From positions 8,272-72,271 of the forward strand of contig CAZXAU010000010.1 in assembly GCA_964638675.1 (NCBI GenBank): a stretch of DNA of 64,000 nt. The letters run 5' to 3'. Origin of the DNA: an uncultured Lachnospiraceae bacterium (GTDB taxonomy: Bacteria > Bacillota > Clostridia > Oscillospirales > CAG-272). Made by a program: the position numbers and the translations under genes. Under the pieces are notes generated by a model. It was given only the letters and a program-made list of their open reading frames with translations, did no database searches and was not told the origin of the DNA. This document shows positions 1 to 10,906 of this stretch, piece by piece; position 1 is the stretch's first letter, and each line of letters opens with the position of its first letter.

Positions 1-700
1 TCAACATTGAGTTCGTAAAAGCTTCGGGCGAAACATTCAGAAGAAAAACTATACATACAGTTAATCCGGCACCGAGAATTATCGGGGTGAGTATACGCTC
101 AAAAATTTTGCAAAGCAACCATCCGAAATAAGCCCCGACTATTCCGCCGTATTGGAATCCGTTTTCTCTCTGAGCATAGTTCCATATCGATGCAATACCC
201 ATTGATTCGGGTTCGCCGTTAATTACATATGAAATATAGTAATTGATTGCGGCAAGCAGGATAATAGCACAGAGCGTGCATATTATTTTTCTCTTGGTCG
301 CATATTTTTTATAATCCGAGTTCCAGAAAACTGCAAGGTTGACCAAAAGCACGGGAACTATCCATGCAACAACAGACAACACACCGTATAATACTTTATT
401 CACAATGTAACCGAAGATTCCGCTGTCATCTTTGTTCCAGAAAAGGAATGATACAGTCAGCACCAATGCTATCACAATAAAGAAAAATGGCATCATCCTG
501 AAGAAGAAAGAGGGCTTTCTCTCTTTTGGCTTTTCGCTGCTTGCAGTCTTATCACTCTTTCCTTTTTTTGATTCTTTCTCGTTTTCGGCAGACTTGACTT
601 TGCCGTTCGTTTTTCTTTCTTCGTTATCCGCTGTATCGACAGTATCTTCGTCAATTATGCGGTCATCTGTGCCATCAGCTTCGTATTTTTGATTTTTCAT
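1..700 (-). CDS. FtsK/SpoIIIE-family DNA translocase, N-terminal membrane portion (partial, gene continues past window start)
   Basis: Absent from the ORF track because it runs off the window edge. My own translation starts at ATG 700, with RBS AAAGGAGGAG just upstream. It gives a charged N-tail followed by predicted TM helices with G-rich FtsK_4TM-like patterns (SGIFGYIVNKVLYGVLSVVAW, GGIVGAYFGWLLCKIF). The family call rests on the N-terminal pattern only. Confidence 0.45.
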   Translation of the reverse strand, partial: MKNQKYEADGTDDRIIDEDTVDTADNEERKTNGKVKSAENEKESKKGKSDKTASSEKPKERKPSFFFRMMPFFFIVIALVLTVSFLFWNKDDSGIFGYIVNKVLYGVLSVVAWIVPVLLVNLAVFWNSDYKKYATKRKIICTLCAIILLAAINYYISYVINGEPESMGIASIWNYAQRENGFQYGGIVGAYFGWLLCKIFERILTPIILGAGLTVCIVFLLNVSPEAFTNSML

Positions 701-736
701 TTATACTCCTCCTTTTGCCCATACATCAAATGTTGA

Positions 737-1585
737 TTATCTGAAAATGTCGATAGCTATCAAAGCTATTCCGACAGCAAAGCAATAATAAGCAAAAACT
801 CTGAAATTTGATTTTTTCGATATGTAATTGAGAAGCTTCATCGCCAAAACTCCGACGATTGCGGAAATAGCCGCCCCTGCTATATATACGGCGATCTGTG
901 AAGTACCGGTCTGTTCGGTAAAAAGCTGAGGGAGCTTGAGTATGCAGGCTCCGGCAATTGCAGGAAGCGACATTATAAATGAATACTTGACAGCCTGCTT
1001 TCTGTCAAGACCGCACAAAAGTCCGCCTGTAATGGTTGAACCCGACCTTGAAAGTCCCGGCAACAGTGCAGCGAATGCCTGAAATACTCCGATAAGGACA
1101 GCCTTGAGCGGCGAAAGGGTTGATATATCGTTTTTTCCCCTCGAAATTCTGTCCGAGATCTTATCAGAAAAATAAAGTACAAAACCGTTGAAGACAAGTA
1201 TTGCACCTATTATCGAAAGGTATCCCGAAATAAATGCCAAAGAGTCTTCAAGAAGAACGGCAGGAATAAGAGGCAGCGTCGAAATTATAATTAAAAGAAC
1301 AAAGCGTTCATTGAATGAAAGCAAAGACAGAGAGAATTTACCCTTGAAGAGCTTTCCTATCAGACTGAAAAATGCAGGAACAAGGGCAATGATATCCTTG
1401 AAATAGACAATAAATACGGCAATCAGCGTTCCCAAATGCAAAAGCACATTGAAGGCAGTGAGTGATTCAATATCCTGCACTCCCAAAAGTATCTGCATAA
1501 AAGCCAGATGTCCCGAGCTTGAGATCGGAAGAAATTCGGTAATTCCCTGAATCAGTCCGAAAAAAATTGCTTCTAAAAACGACAT
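737..1585 (-). CDS. uppP: Undecaprenyl-diphosphate phosphatase (BacA/UppP)
   Basis: N-terminus MSFLEAIFFGLIQGITEFLPISSSGHL and the later PGLSRSGSTITGG are UppP hallmarks. The protein is polytopic. The start is moved to M12 of the track ORF. Confidence 0.9.
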   Translation of the reverse strand: MSFLEAIFFGLIQGITEFLPISSSGHLAFMQILLGVQDIESLTAFNVLLHLGTLIAVFIVYFKDIIALVPAFFSLIGKLFKGKFSLSLLSFNERFVLLIIISTLPLIPAVLLEDSLAFISGYLSIIGAILVFNGFVLYFSDKISDRISRGKNDISTLSPLKAVLIGVFQAFAALLPGLSRSGSTITGGLLCGLDRKQAVKYSFIMSLPAIAGACILKLPQLFTEQTGTSQIAVYIAGAAISAIVGVLAMKLLNYISKKSNFRVFAYYCFAVGIALIAIDIFR

Positions 1586-1984
1586 ATTAATTCCCCTTTT
1601 GGTCTTTAACTTATACAAAGCTGTGCAAACCGCCTAAAAAGAAATCTTTCAGCCGTGAAGGCATTATTTCTATCAAATAGAAAGGTTTGCAAAACTTAAC
1701 GATTATATTATATAATAAAATTATCTTAAATACAATACATAATTATAATTTTTTATAATATTTTTTTCTTCACGGCAGTATGTTTTCGACTGCCGACTGC
1801 CGGCAATGAGCAGATATAATATTTTATAGAAACGTGATTGTGAGCAACCTTTCTGTTATACGTCAAAAAGGTGCCGGGGATCATCGGTTATTATGTAAAC
1901 ATTGCTCAGACGTTTTGCAGTTCCTGATATTCGGAATTATTCAAATTCTTCATCTTATAATCCTAAGGTATAAAGCTATTTGAT

Positions 1985-2036
1985 TGAATAAATAAATAAA
2001 TAAATTTTGAGGGCTGAACAACATATGTCAGCCCCC
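1985..2036 (-). terminator. Rho-independent terminator downstream of the ABC-F / small-protein genes
   Basis: On the minus strand, GGGCTGA-N10-TCAGCCC (2011-2034) is followed by the T-rich tract TCAAAATTTATTTATTTATTTATT. Confidence 0.6.
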
Positions 2037-2078
2037 GTCGGTTTACTCATTATTTATTTCGGATTTAATTCAGAACAT

Positions 2079-2291
2079 TCAGATATTGTCTGATATCTGC
2101 TCCATGACATCCGAAAGTGCACTCAATGCCAAAGACACGACCTTCTTTGCAGATGTTTTCTGTTTTGACATTCCGGACTGTAAAAGCATTCCGAGGGCAA
2201 CTCCCGAAGCCATTCCCACTCCGGCTGATATAAGAATTACCGTTCCGTTTTTGCTCATGAATTGTTCTGCATCCTTTATACATTTTTCCAT
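2079..2291 (-). CDS. Small hypothetical protein (70 aa) with a central Gly/Ala-rich hydrophobic segment
   Basis: RBS AAAGGAAG lies 8 nt upstream of the ATG. The ORF sits 45 nt downstream of the ABC-F gene. No family recognised. Confidence 0.5.
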   Translation of the reverse strand: MEKCIKDAEQFMSKNGTVILISAGVGMASGVALGMLLQSGMSKQKTSAKKVVSLALSALSDVMEQISDNI

Positions 2292-2336
2292 AATAACACT
2301 TCCTTTCGGAAATATTATTTGATGAAGGAAGATATT

Positions 2337-4250
2337 TTATGCATCAAACAGCTTTGATAGCTCTTCATATTCTTCATAAAGCTCAAGCAGCTTTTCCTCC
2401 GAACTCTCTTTTTCGGAAAAAAGCTCTGTCAGCTTAATGTGATCGCTTGAATTTTCGGATATTTCATTTTCAATATCCGAAAGTCTGCCCTCCAAAGCCG
2501 CTATTTCCTCGGCACATTTTTCATAGCGTCTCTGCTTTTTACGCATTTGAGCACTGTCTTTCTTATTCTTAAGATACTCTTCCTTTGCCGAGCTTTTCTC
2601 TTTTCCGCTGATGTTTGTACCATTGTTGTTTTCTCCTGACGCTTCAATCACTTCGATGTGATGAAGATATTCGGAGTAATTTCCCTCATAGCTCTCGGGG
2701 ATGGCATCTCCAGAGTGAAAAATTATCATTCTTGTTGAGAGCTTTCGCACGAAGTATCTGTCATGGGATACGGCTATAATGGTACCCTTATACTCTGAAA
2801 GTGCCGTTTCAAGAATTTCTCTCGTATTGATGTCAAGGTGATTTGTCGGCTCATCGAGAATCATAAGATTTGATTTTGAAGTGACGAGCTTTGCAAGAGT
2901 AAGTCTTGCCTTCTCGCCGCCGCTAAGATCGCTGACACGCTTGAATACATCGTCGCCCGTAAAATTGAAAAGCGCAAGAGTGTTCCTGATCTGTGTCATT
3001 CCGAGATCGGAAAAGGCATTCCACAGCTCGTCAAGCACGGTATTTGCAGGATTTAAATTCTGATTCTCCTGATCGTAATATCCTACCTTTACATTATATC
3101 CGAACCAGCTCTCGCCCTTATCGGGGTAGGCATATCCGGTTATGATCTTCAGAAGTGTCGATTTACCGCAACCGTTGTCGCCCGTGATCAGAACTCTGTC
3201 CTTTCTTTTTACAAGGTAGTCAAAGCCCCTGAAAAGTGTCTTATCACCGTATGCCTTTGAAAGCCCCCTTATCGTCAGTACATCATTTCCGCTCTCAGAG
3301 CATTCGGGAAATGATATTCTGACATTCTGCGGAAGGTTTTCGGGACGGTCGATCTTTTCCATTCTGTCTATCATCTTCTGCTTGTTGTCAATGATCTTAT
3401 AGTTTCGCTCCTGACTCCATGTCACCTGCTGAGCTATAATTGCCTCGATTCGGGCAATCTCCTTTTGCTGAAGCTCATAGTGCTTTGACTGAATCTCCCT
3501 GTCCTTTCTCTTCTTATCACAAAAAATAGTATAATTTCCGCTGTAAAGCTTTCCTTTTTTGTTTTCTATATCAAGGATTTTATTTGTCACTCTGTCAAGG
3601 AAATATCGGTCGTGAGAGACAACTATTACTGTTTTTCTGTAATTCGAGAGATGATCCTCAAGCCAACGCAGTGAATTCATGTCAAGATGGTTTGTAGGTT
3701 CATCGAGAATAAGTATATCGGGTGATTTATAAAGTATTCTGCAAAGCGATAGTCTTGTCTTCTGTCCGCCAGAAAGTGAGTTGACATTCATCGATAACTG
3801 CTCGGCGTTGAATCCGAGTGAGACAAGAATCCCCTTTGCCCTCGAACGGAACTCAAGTCCTCCGTCCGCAATAAAGCGTTCAAGCTTTTCACTGTATACG
3901 CCTGCGAGCCTTTCATCTCCGTCCTGCAGACGCTTTCTGATATTTTCAAGCTCGGCTTCTCTTGATATAAGATCAGAGCTTATCTCAAGAACTGCGTCTA
4001 TTAGTGTCGCATCAGAATTAAATGAGACATTCTGATCGAGCATCATAACACTTTTGCCGAGCGATGTATAAACCTTTCCAGATGTCGCTTCGAGCCTTCC
4101 CGTAATTATTTTGAGCAGCGAGCTTTTCCCTGCACCGTTTACTCCCACAATCCCGAGCTTATCTCCCTCATTGATGCTGAAGGAGATATTCTCAAGAATA
4201 GTGTCCACACCGTATGAAAGATTTATGTTTTCTACACTTAATGCAATCAT
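2337..4250 (-). CDS. ABC-F family ATPase (two ABC domains, C-terminal coiled-coil, no TM domain)
   Basis: Two Walker A motifs (GVNGAGKSS, GDNGCGKST), two signature motifs (LSGGQKTR, LSGGEKAR) and two Walker B motifs (ILILDEPTNHLD, LMILDEPTNHLD). The tail is lysine/glutamate-rich. The start is set at MIALSVENI. Confidence 0.9.
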   Translation of the reverse strand: MIALSVENINLSYGVDTILENISFSINEGDKLGIVGVNGAGKSSLLKIITGRLEATSGKVYTSLGKSVMMLDQNVSFNSDATLIDAVLEISSDLISREAELENIRKRLQDGDERLAGVYSEKLERFIADGGLEFRSRAKGILVSLGFNAEQLSMNVNSLSGGQKTRLSLCRILYKSPDILILDEPTNHLDMNSLRWLEDHLSNYRKTVIVVSHDRYFLDRVTNKILDIENKKGKLYSGNYTIFCDKKRKDREIQSKHYELQQKEIARIEAIIAQQVTWSQERNYKIIDNKQKMIDRMEKIDRPENLPQNVRISFPECSESGNDVLTIRGLSKAYGDKTLFRGFDYLVKRKDRVLITGDNGCGKSTLLKIITGYAYPDKGESWFGYNVKVGYYDQENQNLNPANTVLDELWNAFSDLGMTQIRNTLALFNFTGDDVFKRVSDLSGGEKARLTLAKLVTSKSNLMILDEPTNHLDINTREILETALSEYKGTIIAVSHDRYFVRKLSTRMIIFHSGDAIPESYEGNYSEYLHHIEVIEASGENNNGTNISGKEKSSAKEEYLKNKKDSAQMRKKQRRYEKCAEEIAALEGRLSDIENEISENSSDHIKLTELFSEKESSEEKLLELYEEYEELSKLFDA

Positions 4251-4323
4251 TTGTATAAGAACTCCGTTTATAAAATGCTGTTTCATATCACTTCGGGCTT
4301 AAAAATAAATGCCGATATATTTT

Positions 4324-5199
4324 TTATTCACAGATCAGTTCAACAATAACTATTTCAGGTCTGTTATTGAAGCGGATCGGGATAATACTGTTTCCGATAC
4401 CCCTGCTCACGATCATAGTCGTATTTTTGTCGGAGTATTCTCCGGCATCGTATTTCGGAAAAAGACCTTGACTCGGTGCCACCACTCCGCCAATAAGGGG
4501 TAAACGAAACTGTCCGCCATGGGCATGTCCGCTTAACACCAGGTCGATATCTTCAGCCACATACTCACTGAATAATTCCGGTCTGTGTGAGAGTAATATG
4601 CTATATCCGTCAGTCAGATCCATATTGTCGGATCTGATATTCATCATAATTTTATGAACAGATGCCATATATCTGAAGCTGGGATCATCCAAACCGAAGA
4701 GTTGTATAATTTCATTATTTTTTTCGATTTGTTCTGCTTTGTTATGGAGAATAACCGCACCTGCATCAACCAATTTTTTCTCTAATTCCTTATACTGTTC
4801 ACCGAGCCAGCCCTCATGATTACCTGTTATATAGTAGCAAGGAGCAATTTGTGCAAGATCCTCAACAAGCTTCTCTGCAACTTCTATATTGGTTCTGTTT
4901 GAATCGATAAGATCGCCGGTTATGGCAATTATGTCGGGCTTTTCATTTTCAATAAGAGAGATCAGAGTGCCGTTGTTTTTGCCGAACTCGGCATTGTGCA
5001 GATCGGATACAACGGCGATTTTATAATGGTCAAAGGATGACGGAAGTTTGTCACTTACAACTGTATAATGTGTAACTCCGACAGTCAGATTTTCCCAGAC
5101 AGTCCATATTACAATCACGATCAATGTTACCGACAAGATGATCTTTATCGATCTCTTGTTCTTTTTCACTTGCATTTCTTCGCTTTTTTGATTTGTCAT
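4324..5199 (-). CDS. Membrane-anchored calcineurin-like metallophosphoesterase (YkuE-like)
   Basis: Motifs VSDLHN, GDLID, GNHE and GHAHGGQ, plus an N-terminal TM helix. The ATG at 5199 is preferred over the TTG at 5223. Confidence 0.8.
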   Translation of the reverse strand: MTNQKSEEMQVKKNKRSIKIILSVTLIVIVIWTVWENLTVGVTHYTVVSDKLPSSFDHYKIAVVSDLHNAEFGKNNGTLISLIENEKPDIIAITGDLIDSNRTNIEVAEKLVEDLAQIAPCYYITGNHEGWLGEQYKELEKKLVDAGAVILHNKAEQIEKNNEIIQLFGLDDPSFRYMASVHKIMMNIRSDNMDLTDGYSILLSHRPELFSEYVAEDIDLVLSGHAHGGQFRLPLIGGVVAPSQGLFPKYDAGEYSDKNTTMIVSRGIGNSIIPIRFNNRPEIVIVELICE

Positions 5200-5206
5200 A
5201 AGATCT

Positions 5207-6331
5207 CTATTCCTCTTCGGCAAGCAGGATGTCGGATATAATATAATTTGACATGAGCATACCGGGCGGCGTGAGAGAATATCTGTCGCCGTTTTTCAGG
5301 ACATATCCCGATTTTATATATTTCTGCAATATCTCTTTGCTTTGACTTTTTCTGATGAGCGACTCATCCGCTCCCTTACTAAGGCGAAATGCAAGCATAA
5401 GACTTTCCTCACGTCTGTCACTATCGCTCAATTCTTCTTTTTGCTCAATCATGTCGGAAAAATCTTCAGAGCGTATATAGCCTTCAATATCCCTTTTGTA
5501 TGCATATCTGCAAGAGTTATAATATGAATGTGCCGCAGTTCCGAAAGAGAGATACATACCCTGCTCCCAATATCTCATGTTGTGCCTGCACTCATATCCC
5601 TTTTTACAGAAATTGCTTATCTCATAATGCTCATACGATGCACTTGTAAGTATTTCATCAGTGAGCATGTACATATCTGAAACTGTGTTTTCATCCGGAA
5701 ATCTCAGTTTATCCCGATTCCTGTAAAAAGGTGTTCCCTTTTCAAGCGAGAGCATATAAACCGATATATGCTCGGGAGATAGGTCAAGCAAACTGTCAAG
5801 GGTAGCACGCACAGAGGAAATGCTTTGCTCAGGTATACCGATCATAACATCGACATTGATATTATCAAATTTATTTTGACGGGCAAGCATATAGCTTTCC
5901 CTGAAGCCCTCAAAATTATGTATTCGTCCTAAAATTTTAAGCTCACTATCGTTCGCCGACTGCATACCGAAGCTCAATCGATTGATTCCCGATTCTTTAT
6001 ATATTTTCAGCTTGTTTTCATCTATCGTTGAGGGATTGCACTCGATCGATATTTCACAACCGTCAAGCAGTTCAAAACTGCTTGCGATCTGATACAATAT
6101 TTCCGAAATGTATCCGGCATCAATGCATGACGGTGTACCTCCCCCGAAAAATACCGTATCGATCTTAAGCCTGCCGACCTTCCCGGCAGTCAGCTTTATA
6201 TTTCTCTTGATAGCATCTACATATTTCCTGCAAAGTTCAAGCGACGGGAGTGAATAAAAATCGCAGTATCTGCATTTTTGCAGACAAAACGGGATATGTA
6301 TGTATATCCCGTAAGTATTATCAGCTGTCAA
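5207..6331 (-). CDS. hemW: Radical SAM heme chaperone / coproporphyrinogen-oxidase-like HemW
   Basis: Contains [16 protein letters not shown] (CxxxCxxC) and sits in the conserved position after lepA. The TTG start at 6331 is preferred. The track ATG at 6418 would overlap lepA by 98 nt. Confidence 0.85.
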   Translation of the reverse strand: MTADNTYGIYIHIPFCLQKCRYCDFYSLPSLELCRKYVDAIKRNIKLTAGKVGRLKIDTVFFGGGTPSCIDAGYISEILYQIASSFELLDGCEISIECNPSTIDENKLKIYKESGINRLSFGMQSANDSELKILGRIHNFEGFRESYMLARQNKFDNINVDVMIGIPEQSISSVRATLDSLLDLSPEHISVYMLSLEKGTPFYRNRDKLRFPDENTVSDMYMLTDEILTSASYEHYEISNFCKKGYECRHNMRYWEQGMYLSFGTAAHSYYNSCRYAYKRDIEGYIRSEDFSDMIEQKEELSDSDRREESLMLAFRLSKGADESLIRKSQSKEILQKYIKSGYVLKNGDRYSLTPPGMLMSNYIISDILLAEEE

Positions 6332-8138
6332 ACTTAAGCACCGCCATGAATGCCTCGGGGGAAACTTCGACCGTTCCGAGCTTACGCATTTTTTTCTTTC
6401 CTTCCTTTTGCTTTTCAAGAAGCTTCTTTTTACGTGTTATGTCTCCTCCGTAGCATTTTGCAAGGACATCCTTGCGAAGTGCCTTAACCGTTTCACGTGC
6501 AATTATTCTTCCGCCTGCCGCCGCCTGTATAGGAATTTCAAACAGCTGTCTCGGAATGTTTTCCTTGAGTTTTTCGCATATTTTTCTCGCCCGTTGATAG
6601 GACTTGTCTGCATGAACGATAAATGACAGTGCGTCAACTATATCCCCGTTTAAAAGTATATCAAGCTTTACAAGCTTGCTTTCCTTATATCCTGTAAAAG
6701 AATAATCAAACGAAGCGTATCCCTTTGAACGGCTCTTAAGGGTATCGAAAAAGTCGTATATTATTTCATTCAGCGGAAGCTCGTAATGCAATTCGACCCT
6801 TGTCTTGTCTATATATTTCATGTCAATAAAAATTCCGCGTCTGTCCTGACAAAGATCCATTATCGAACCGACAAAATCGGTTGGTGTAATAACCGAGGCA
6901 GATACAATAGGCTCATATGATTCGAGAATATCATCGGGTTGCGGATAATCGGCAGGATTGTCGATATATACCGTCTCTCCGCCGCGCTTGGTGAGCTTAT
7001 ATATAACGCTCGGAGCTGTCGTAATAAGGTCGAGATTGAACTCTCTTTCAAGTCTTTCCTGAACTATTTCCATGTGGAGAAGTCCGAGGAAGCCGCAACG
7101 GAATCCGAAGCCGAGAGCAACAGACGTCTCGGGCTCAAATGAAAGTGCCGCATCGTTAAGTCTCAGTTTTTCAAGAGCGTCACGAAGATCGCCGTATTTT
7201 GAGCCGTCAGCCGGGAATATTCCAGAATACACCATCGGAACAGCTTCCTTGAAACCGGGGAGACATTCACTGCAGGATCTGTCTGCATGTGTTACCGTAT
7301 CTCCTACCTTTGTATCGGCAACCGTTTTTATACTTGCCGTAATATAACCGACATCACCTGCATACAAAACACCCGATGATTTGAGCCCGAACGGTTCCAT
7401 TGTTCCGACATCAACAACCTCAAATTCAGCCCCTGTGCTGAACAGCTTTATCCTGTCAAAAGTACGTATCGTCCCGTTCACGACCTTTATATAAACTACA
7501 ACACCGAGATAGGGATCGTAATATGAATCGAATATAAGGCATTGTAATGGGGCGTTTTCATCACCCTCAGGTGACGGAATATCATTAACTATAGATTCGA
7601 GAACCTGCTCAATGTTGATACCGTTTTTCGCTGAAATTTCAGGACATCCCATAGCAGGGATCCCTATAACGTCCTCAATCTCTTCCCTGCATGTCTGCGG
7701 ATCACATGCAGGAAGATCAATTTTATTTATAACAGGCAGTATCTCAAGCCCGTTATCAACTGCGAGATATGCATTTGCAAGCGTCTGAGCCTGAATTCCC
7801 TGTGTGCCGTCAACTATAAGAATTGCACCCTCACAAGCGTAAAGTGAACGTGAAACCTCATAGTTAAAATCGACATGCCCGGGGGTATCTATGAGATTGA
7901 GACGGTATGTTTCGCCGTTTTTGGCGTTATATTCGATTTTTACCGCTCTTGCTTTGATAGTAATTCCTCTCTCACGCTCGAGGTCCATATTGTCAAGAAG
8001 CTGTTCTTCCATGTCCCTTTGTGCAACCGTCTGTGTTTTTTCAAGTAATCGGTCGGCAAGGGTGGATTTTCCGTGATCGATATGTGCTACTATGCAAAAA
8101 TTTCTTGTATGTGATCTTCTGTATTCTGCTTCGGTCAT
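6321..8138 (-). CDS. lepA: Translation elongation factor 4 (LepA)
   Basis: Contains [28 protein letters not shown] and NKIDL, and is full length at 605 aa. Confidence 0.97.
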   Translation of the reverse strand: MTEAEYRRSHTRNFCIVAHIDHGKSTLADRLLEKTQTVAQRDMEEQLLDNMDLERERGITIKARAVKIEYNAKNGETYRLNLIDTPGHVDFNYEVSRSLYACEGAILIVDGTQGIQAQTLANAYLAVDNGLEILPVINKIDLPACDPQTCREEIEDVIGIPAMGCPEISAKNGINIEQVLESIVNDIPSPEGDENAPLQCLIFDSYYDPYLGVVVYIKVVNGTIRTFDRIKLFSTGAEFEVVDVGTMEPFGLKSSGVLYAGDVGYITASIKTVADTKVGDTVTHADRSCSECLPGFKEAVPMVYSGIFPADGSKYGDLRDALEKLRLNDAALSFEPETSVALGFGFRCGFLGLLHMEIVQERLEREFNLDLITTAPSVIYKLTKRGGETVYIDNPADYPQPDDILESYEPIVSASVITPTDFVGSIMDLCQDRRGIFIDMKYIDKTRVELHYELPLNEIIYDFFDTLKSRSKGYASFDYSFTGYKESKLVKLDILLNGDIVDALSFIVHADKSYQRARKICEKLKENIPRQLFEIPIQAAAGGRIIARETVKALRKDVLAKCYGGDITRKKKLLEKQKEGKKKMRKLGTVEVSPEAFMAVLKFDS

Positions 8139-8207
8139 ATTCTTTTCCTGTATATTTTTCTTATAAATTGATATATCATTATTCTGATCTGCGCCCTTAT
8201 TTATGAC

Positions 8208-10019
8208 TCAATCACTTGGCACAAACAAAGGCAGATCCTCGGGTGTCGGTACAACTTCGGGGGTAATCTCAGGTGTCGGTGTAGGTGTAGGAATGACAAC
8301 TTTATCGGGATCGACACCTGCACTTATGACAAATGATATAAAACTGCCTCTGGCTGTATACATACCCTTAGGTATACTCTGAGAGATAACACATCCCTGC
8401 GGAATCGAATCGGAATACTCATAGCTGATGCCGTCAAGCCTGTAAAGAAGCTCGACTATCGGGATAAGCTCGGATTCACTCATTCCCCTATAATCGGGTA
8501 CGGTTATCATCTGATACGTACTGCCGGTACTTACATATAATGTCACGCCTGAACCGTACTCAAGATAGCTTCCGTGAGATGGAGATGTTGATATTACACT
8601 GCCGATGTCTATAGTTTTATTCTGCATATACTCAATTGTCACTTTATAACCCATTTTCTCAAGCTCCGACTTCACAACTCTTGAATCTGCAAGAGTATAG
8701 TCGGCAAGACGAAGCATGGGGGCGGGTGCGGCTACGGTCAGGGTGATACTGAGAGAAGTTGCCTTCAAGGTTCTTCCTGCCGCCGGGGTTTGTGATATGA
8801 TCATATTTTCGGGATAGATTTTTGTGATCTCATATTCGATCTCAACATCATATCCGTCTTCGATAAGCTCGTAATAGAGCTGGTCGTTGTACATTGAATA
8901 GATATAATCGTTTATCACGACATCCTCAACTTTCGTGACGTCAAAAACATTGAGTATTGAATCGGGAAAGAGTGTCGTCAATATATAAACTCCGGCAATG
9001 ATCACAACACATGCAAAAGCCGAAAAAATTCCCAGAATAGACGGAGTGATAGAGTAGCTGTCCTCCTTGGCAGGTATGACGATCTGATCCTCGTCTTTTT
9101 TGTTTTTCACCTTTAAATGTTTTTTCACTTGGGAATCGGATCTGTTAATAATGTCCTTCACCGAAACAAATGTAAAATCGGCAAACGGGTCAGTTTCAAG
9201 AACGCAAAGATATTTTTTCATTTCCTCAGCCGATGAAAAACGCTTTGAACGCTCTTTTTCCATTGCCCTGAGGATTATCTGTTCAAGTCCGGTCGGAACT
9301 GTAGGCACATATTCATGAGGAGGCGTAGGCTGTTGATATATCTGTTTACCTGCGATCTCGTCAGCACTTCCTCCGTCGAACGGCAACTGCCCTGTTACCA
9401 TTTCGTACATGACAACACCGAGTGAATAGAAATCGCTTCGTTTGTCAACCTTTTCTCCTCTCGCCTGCTCGGGTGAGATATATCCGGCCGTTCCGATGGC
9501 ATTGTTTTCATCAATGTCTTCAATTCCTTTTCGTGATGCAATGCCGAAATCGGTAAGGACGACAGAACCGTCTTTAAGAAGAATAATATTCTGGGGCTTA
9601 ATATCCCTGTGAATTATTCCGGATTCGTTAGCATGCGAAAGTGCATCAAGCGTTTGCTTTGCTATTGAGATCGTAAATCCGAGGCTTGATTTTCCCCGTT
9701 TTTCCATATACTTTTTTAAAGTTACACCCTGAATTCTCTGCTGAACCATATATCTCGGCTTATTTCTTGTATTTATCTTATAAACCTTGACGATGTTCGG
9801 ATGATTGAGCATAGAGAGCGTCTTTGCCTCGTTTACAAATCTACTGACATATTCCTTGTTATCCTCATACTCCTCACGAAGCATTTTAAGTGCGACGATC
9901 CTATCATTTTTGACATCATATGCCTCAAAAACTACAGCCATACCGCCGACACCGATTATTTTTTTTATCTCGTAATTTCCGTCAAACAATGTATTTAAGT
10001 ATTTATCGTATTTACTCAT
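8208..10019 (-). CDS. prkC: Ser/Thr protein kinase with extracellular PASTA repeats (PrkC/PknB-like)
   Basis: Kinase motifs GVGGMAVV, HRDIKPQN and DFG. There is one TM helix and three PASTA-like repeats (for example ISQTPAAGRTLKATSLSITLTV). The tail is Pro/Thr-rich. Confidence 0.9.
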   Translation of the reverse strand: MSKYDKYLNTLFDGNYEIKKIIGVGGMAVVFEAYDVKNDRIVALKMLREEYEDNKEYVSRFVNEAKTLSMLNHPNIVKVYKINTRNKPRYMVQQRIQGVTLKKYMEKRGKSSLGFTISIAKQTLDALSHANESGIIHRDIKPQNIILLKDGSVVLTDFGIASRKGIEDIDENNAIGTAGYISPEQARGEKVDKRSDFYSLGVVMYEMVTGQLPFDGGSADEIAGKQIYQQPTPPHEYVPTVPTGLEQIILRAMEKERSKRFSSAEEMKKYLCVLETDPFADFTFVSVKDIINRSDSQVKKHLKVKNKKDEDQIVIPAKEDSYSITPSILGIFSAFACVVIIAGVYILTTLFPDSILNVFDVTKVEDVVINDYIYSMYNDQLYYELIEDGYDVEIEYEITKIYPENMIISQTPAAGRTLKATSLSITLTVAAPAPMLRLADYTLADSRVVKSELEKMGYKVTIEYMQNKTIDIGSVISTSPSHGSYLEYGSGVTLYVSTGSTYQMITVPDYRGMSESELIPIVELLYRLDGISYEYSDSIPQGCVISQSIPKGMYTARGSFISFVISAGVDPDKVVIPTPTPTPEITPEVVPTPEDLPLFVPSD

Positions 10020-10116
10020 ATCTTTTTCCTTGCAATCGTATATCTTGCCGCTTCATAAAATCGCTGTATATAGCAACCGTTCATCTGTAAATCAGATCTG
10101 AATTCAGATGCACCGG

Positions 10117-10881
10117 TTAAGAGATATATTTATTTTCCCCGCATTTTACTGCAAGAACCGTTAAATTATCGGAAGGGTCGAGTGAGAGAGCCCTGCGTAA
10201 CAGCTCGTTTGCTATCTGCTCTGCTGAAAGATCAGCGATTCTTGAAACGATATCCGAAATCTCATTTTCTATAGGATTATACAGCCCATCTGAGCAGAGT
10301 ATCAAAATATCATCCTCTTCAAGAGGTGTCACAAAAATATCGGGGTCGGAATTGCTGTGCGCACCGAGAGACCTGGTCAATATATTCTTTCCTTTTCCCG
10401 ATTCACCTTCAGGATCGCCTAAATCAAGCAGCATTCTGTTAAGTGAGTGATCTTTGGTTACGATACTTATATCGCCCTCAGAAAATCTGTACAGCCTGCT
10501 GTCCCCAACATTTACGGCATACATCGTTCCTTCATATAAGGCGCAGGCGACAAGTGTGGTTCCCATTCCCTCAAGTGTCGGATCGGCTGATTCTCTTTCT
10601 GTTATTTTGCCAACTGCAAAGTAAAGCGACTTTTTCAGGAATGAAGTCAACACAAGCGAGAGCGAGGCCGAGGAATTATTGGATATGAATTCCTCACAAA
10701 GTCTTTTGAATTCGGCAGAAAAGAACTCCACGGCAATTTTAGATGCCACGGAACCGCCTGACATTCCGCCCATTCCGTCGCAAACGATAAAAAGTTGTAA
10801 GGATCCGAGATCACAACATGAAAAAACATCCTGATTCTCTTTTCTTACTTTTCCGATATCACTCACTCCGTAGTATTCCAT
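10117..10881 (-). CDS. stp: PP2C-family Ser/Thr phosphatase (Stp/PrpC)
   Basis: Contains GKVRKENQD, CDGMGG and a late CSDGL motif. It is adjacent to prkC. Confidence 0.9.
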   Translation of the reverse strand: MEYYGVSDIGKVRKENQDVFSCCDLGSLQLFIVCDGMGGMSGGSVASKIAVEFFSAEFKRLCEEFISNNSSASLSLVLTSFLKKSLYFAVGKITERESADPTLEGMGTTLVACALYEGTMYAVNVGDSRLYRFSEGDISIVTKDHSLNRMLLDLGDPEGESGKGKNILTRSLGAHSNSDPDIFVTPLEEDDILILCSDGLYNPIENEISDIVSRIADLSAEQIANELLRRALSLDPSDNLTVLAVKCGENKYIS

Positions 10882-10906
10882 AATTACTCTCCATGTATGT
10901 AATATG

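Noticed and set aside
1987-2005. (AATA)n tetranucleotide microsatellite of about 4.5 units.
   Set aside because: On the minus strand it is simply the U-rich tract following the terminator hairpin at 2011-2034. It is too short to argue for phase variation.
6332-6418. The ATG-initiated N-terminal 29 aa of the hemW track ORF ([10 protein letters not shown]...).
   Set aside because: It would overlap the 3' end of lepA by 98 nt, and the extension has no HemW-like sequence. A TTG at 6331 places the start about 10 residues before the radical-SAM motif, as expected.
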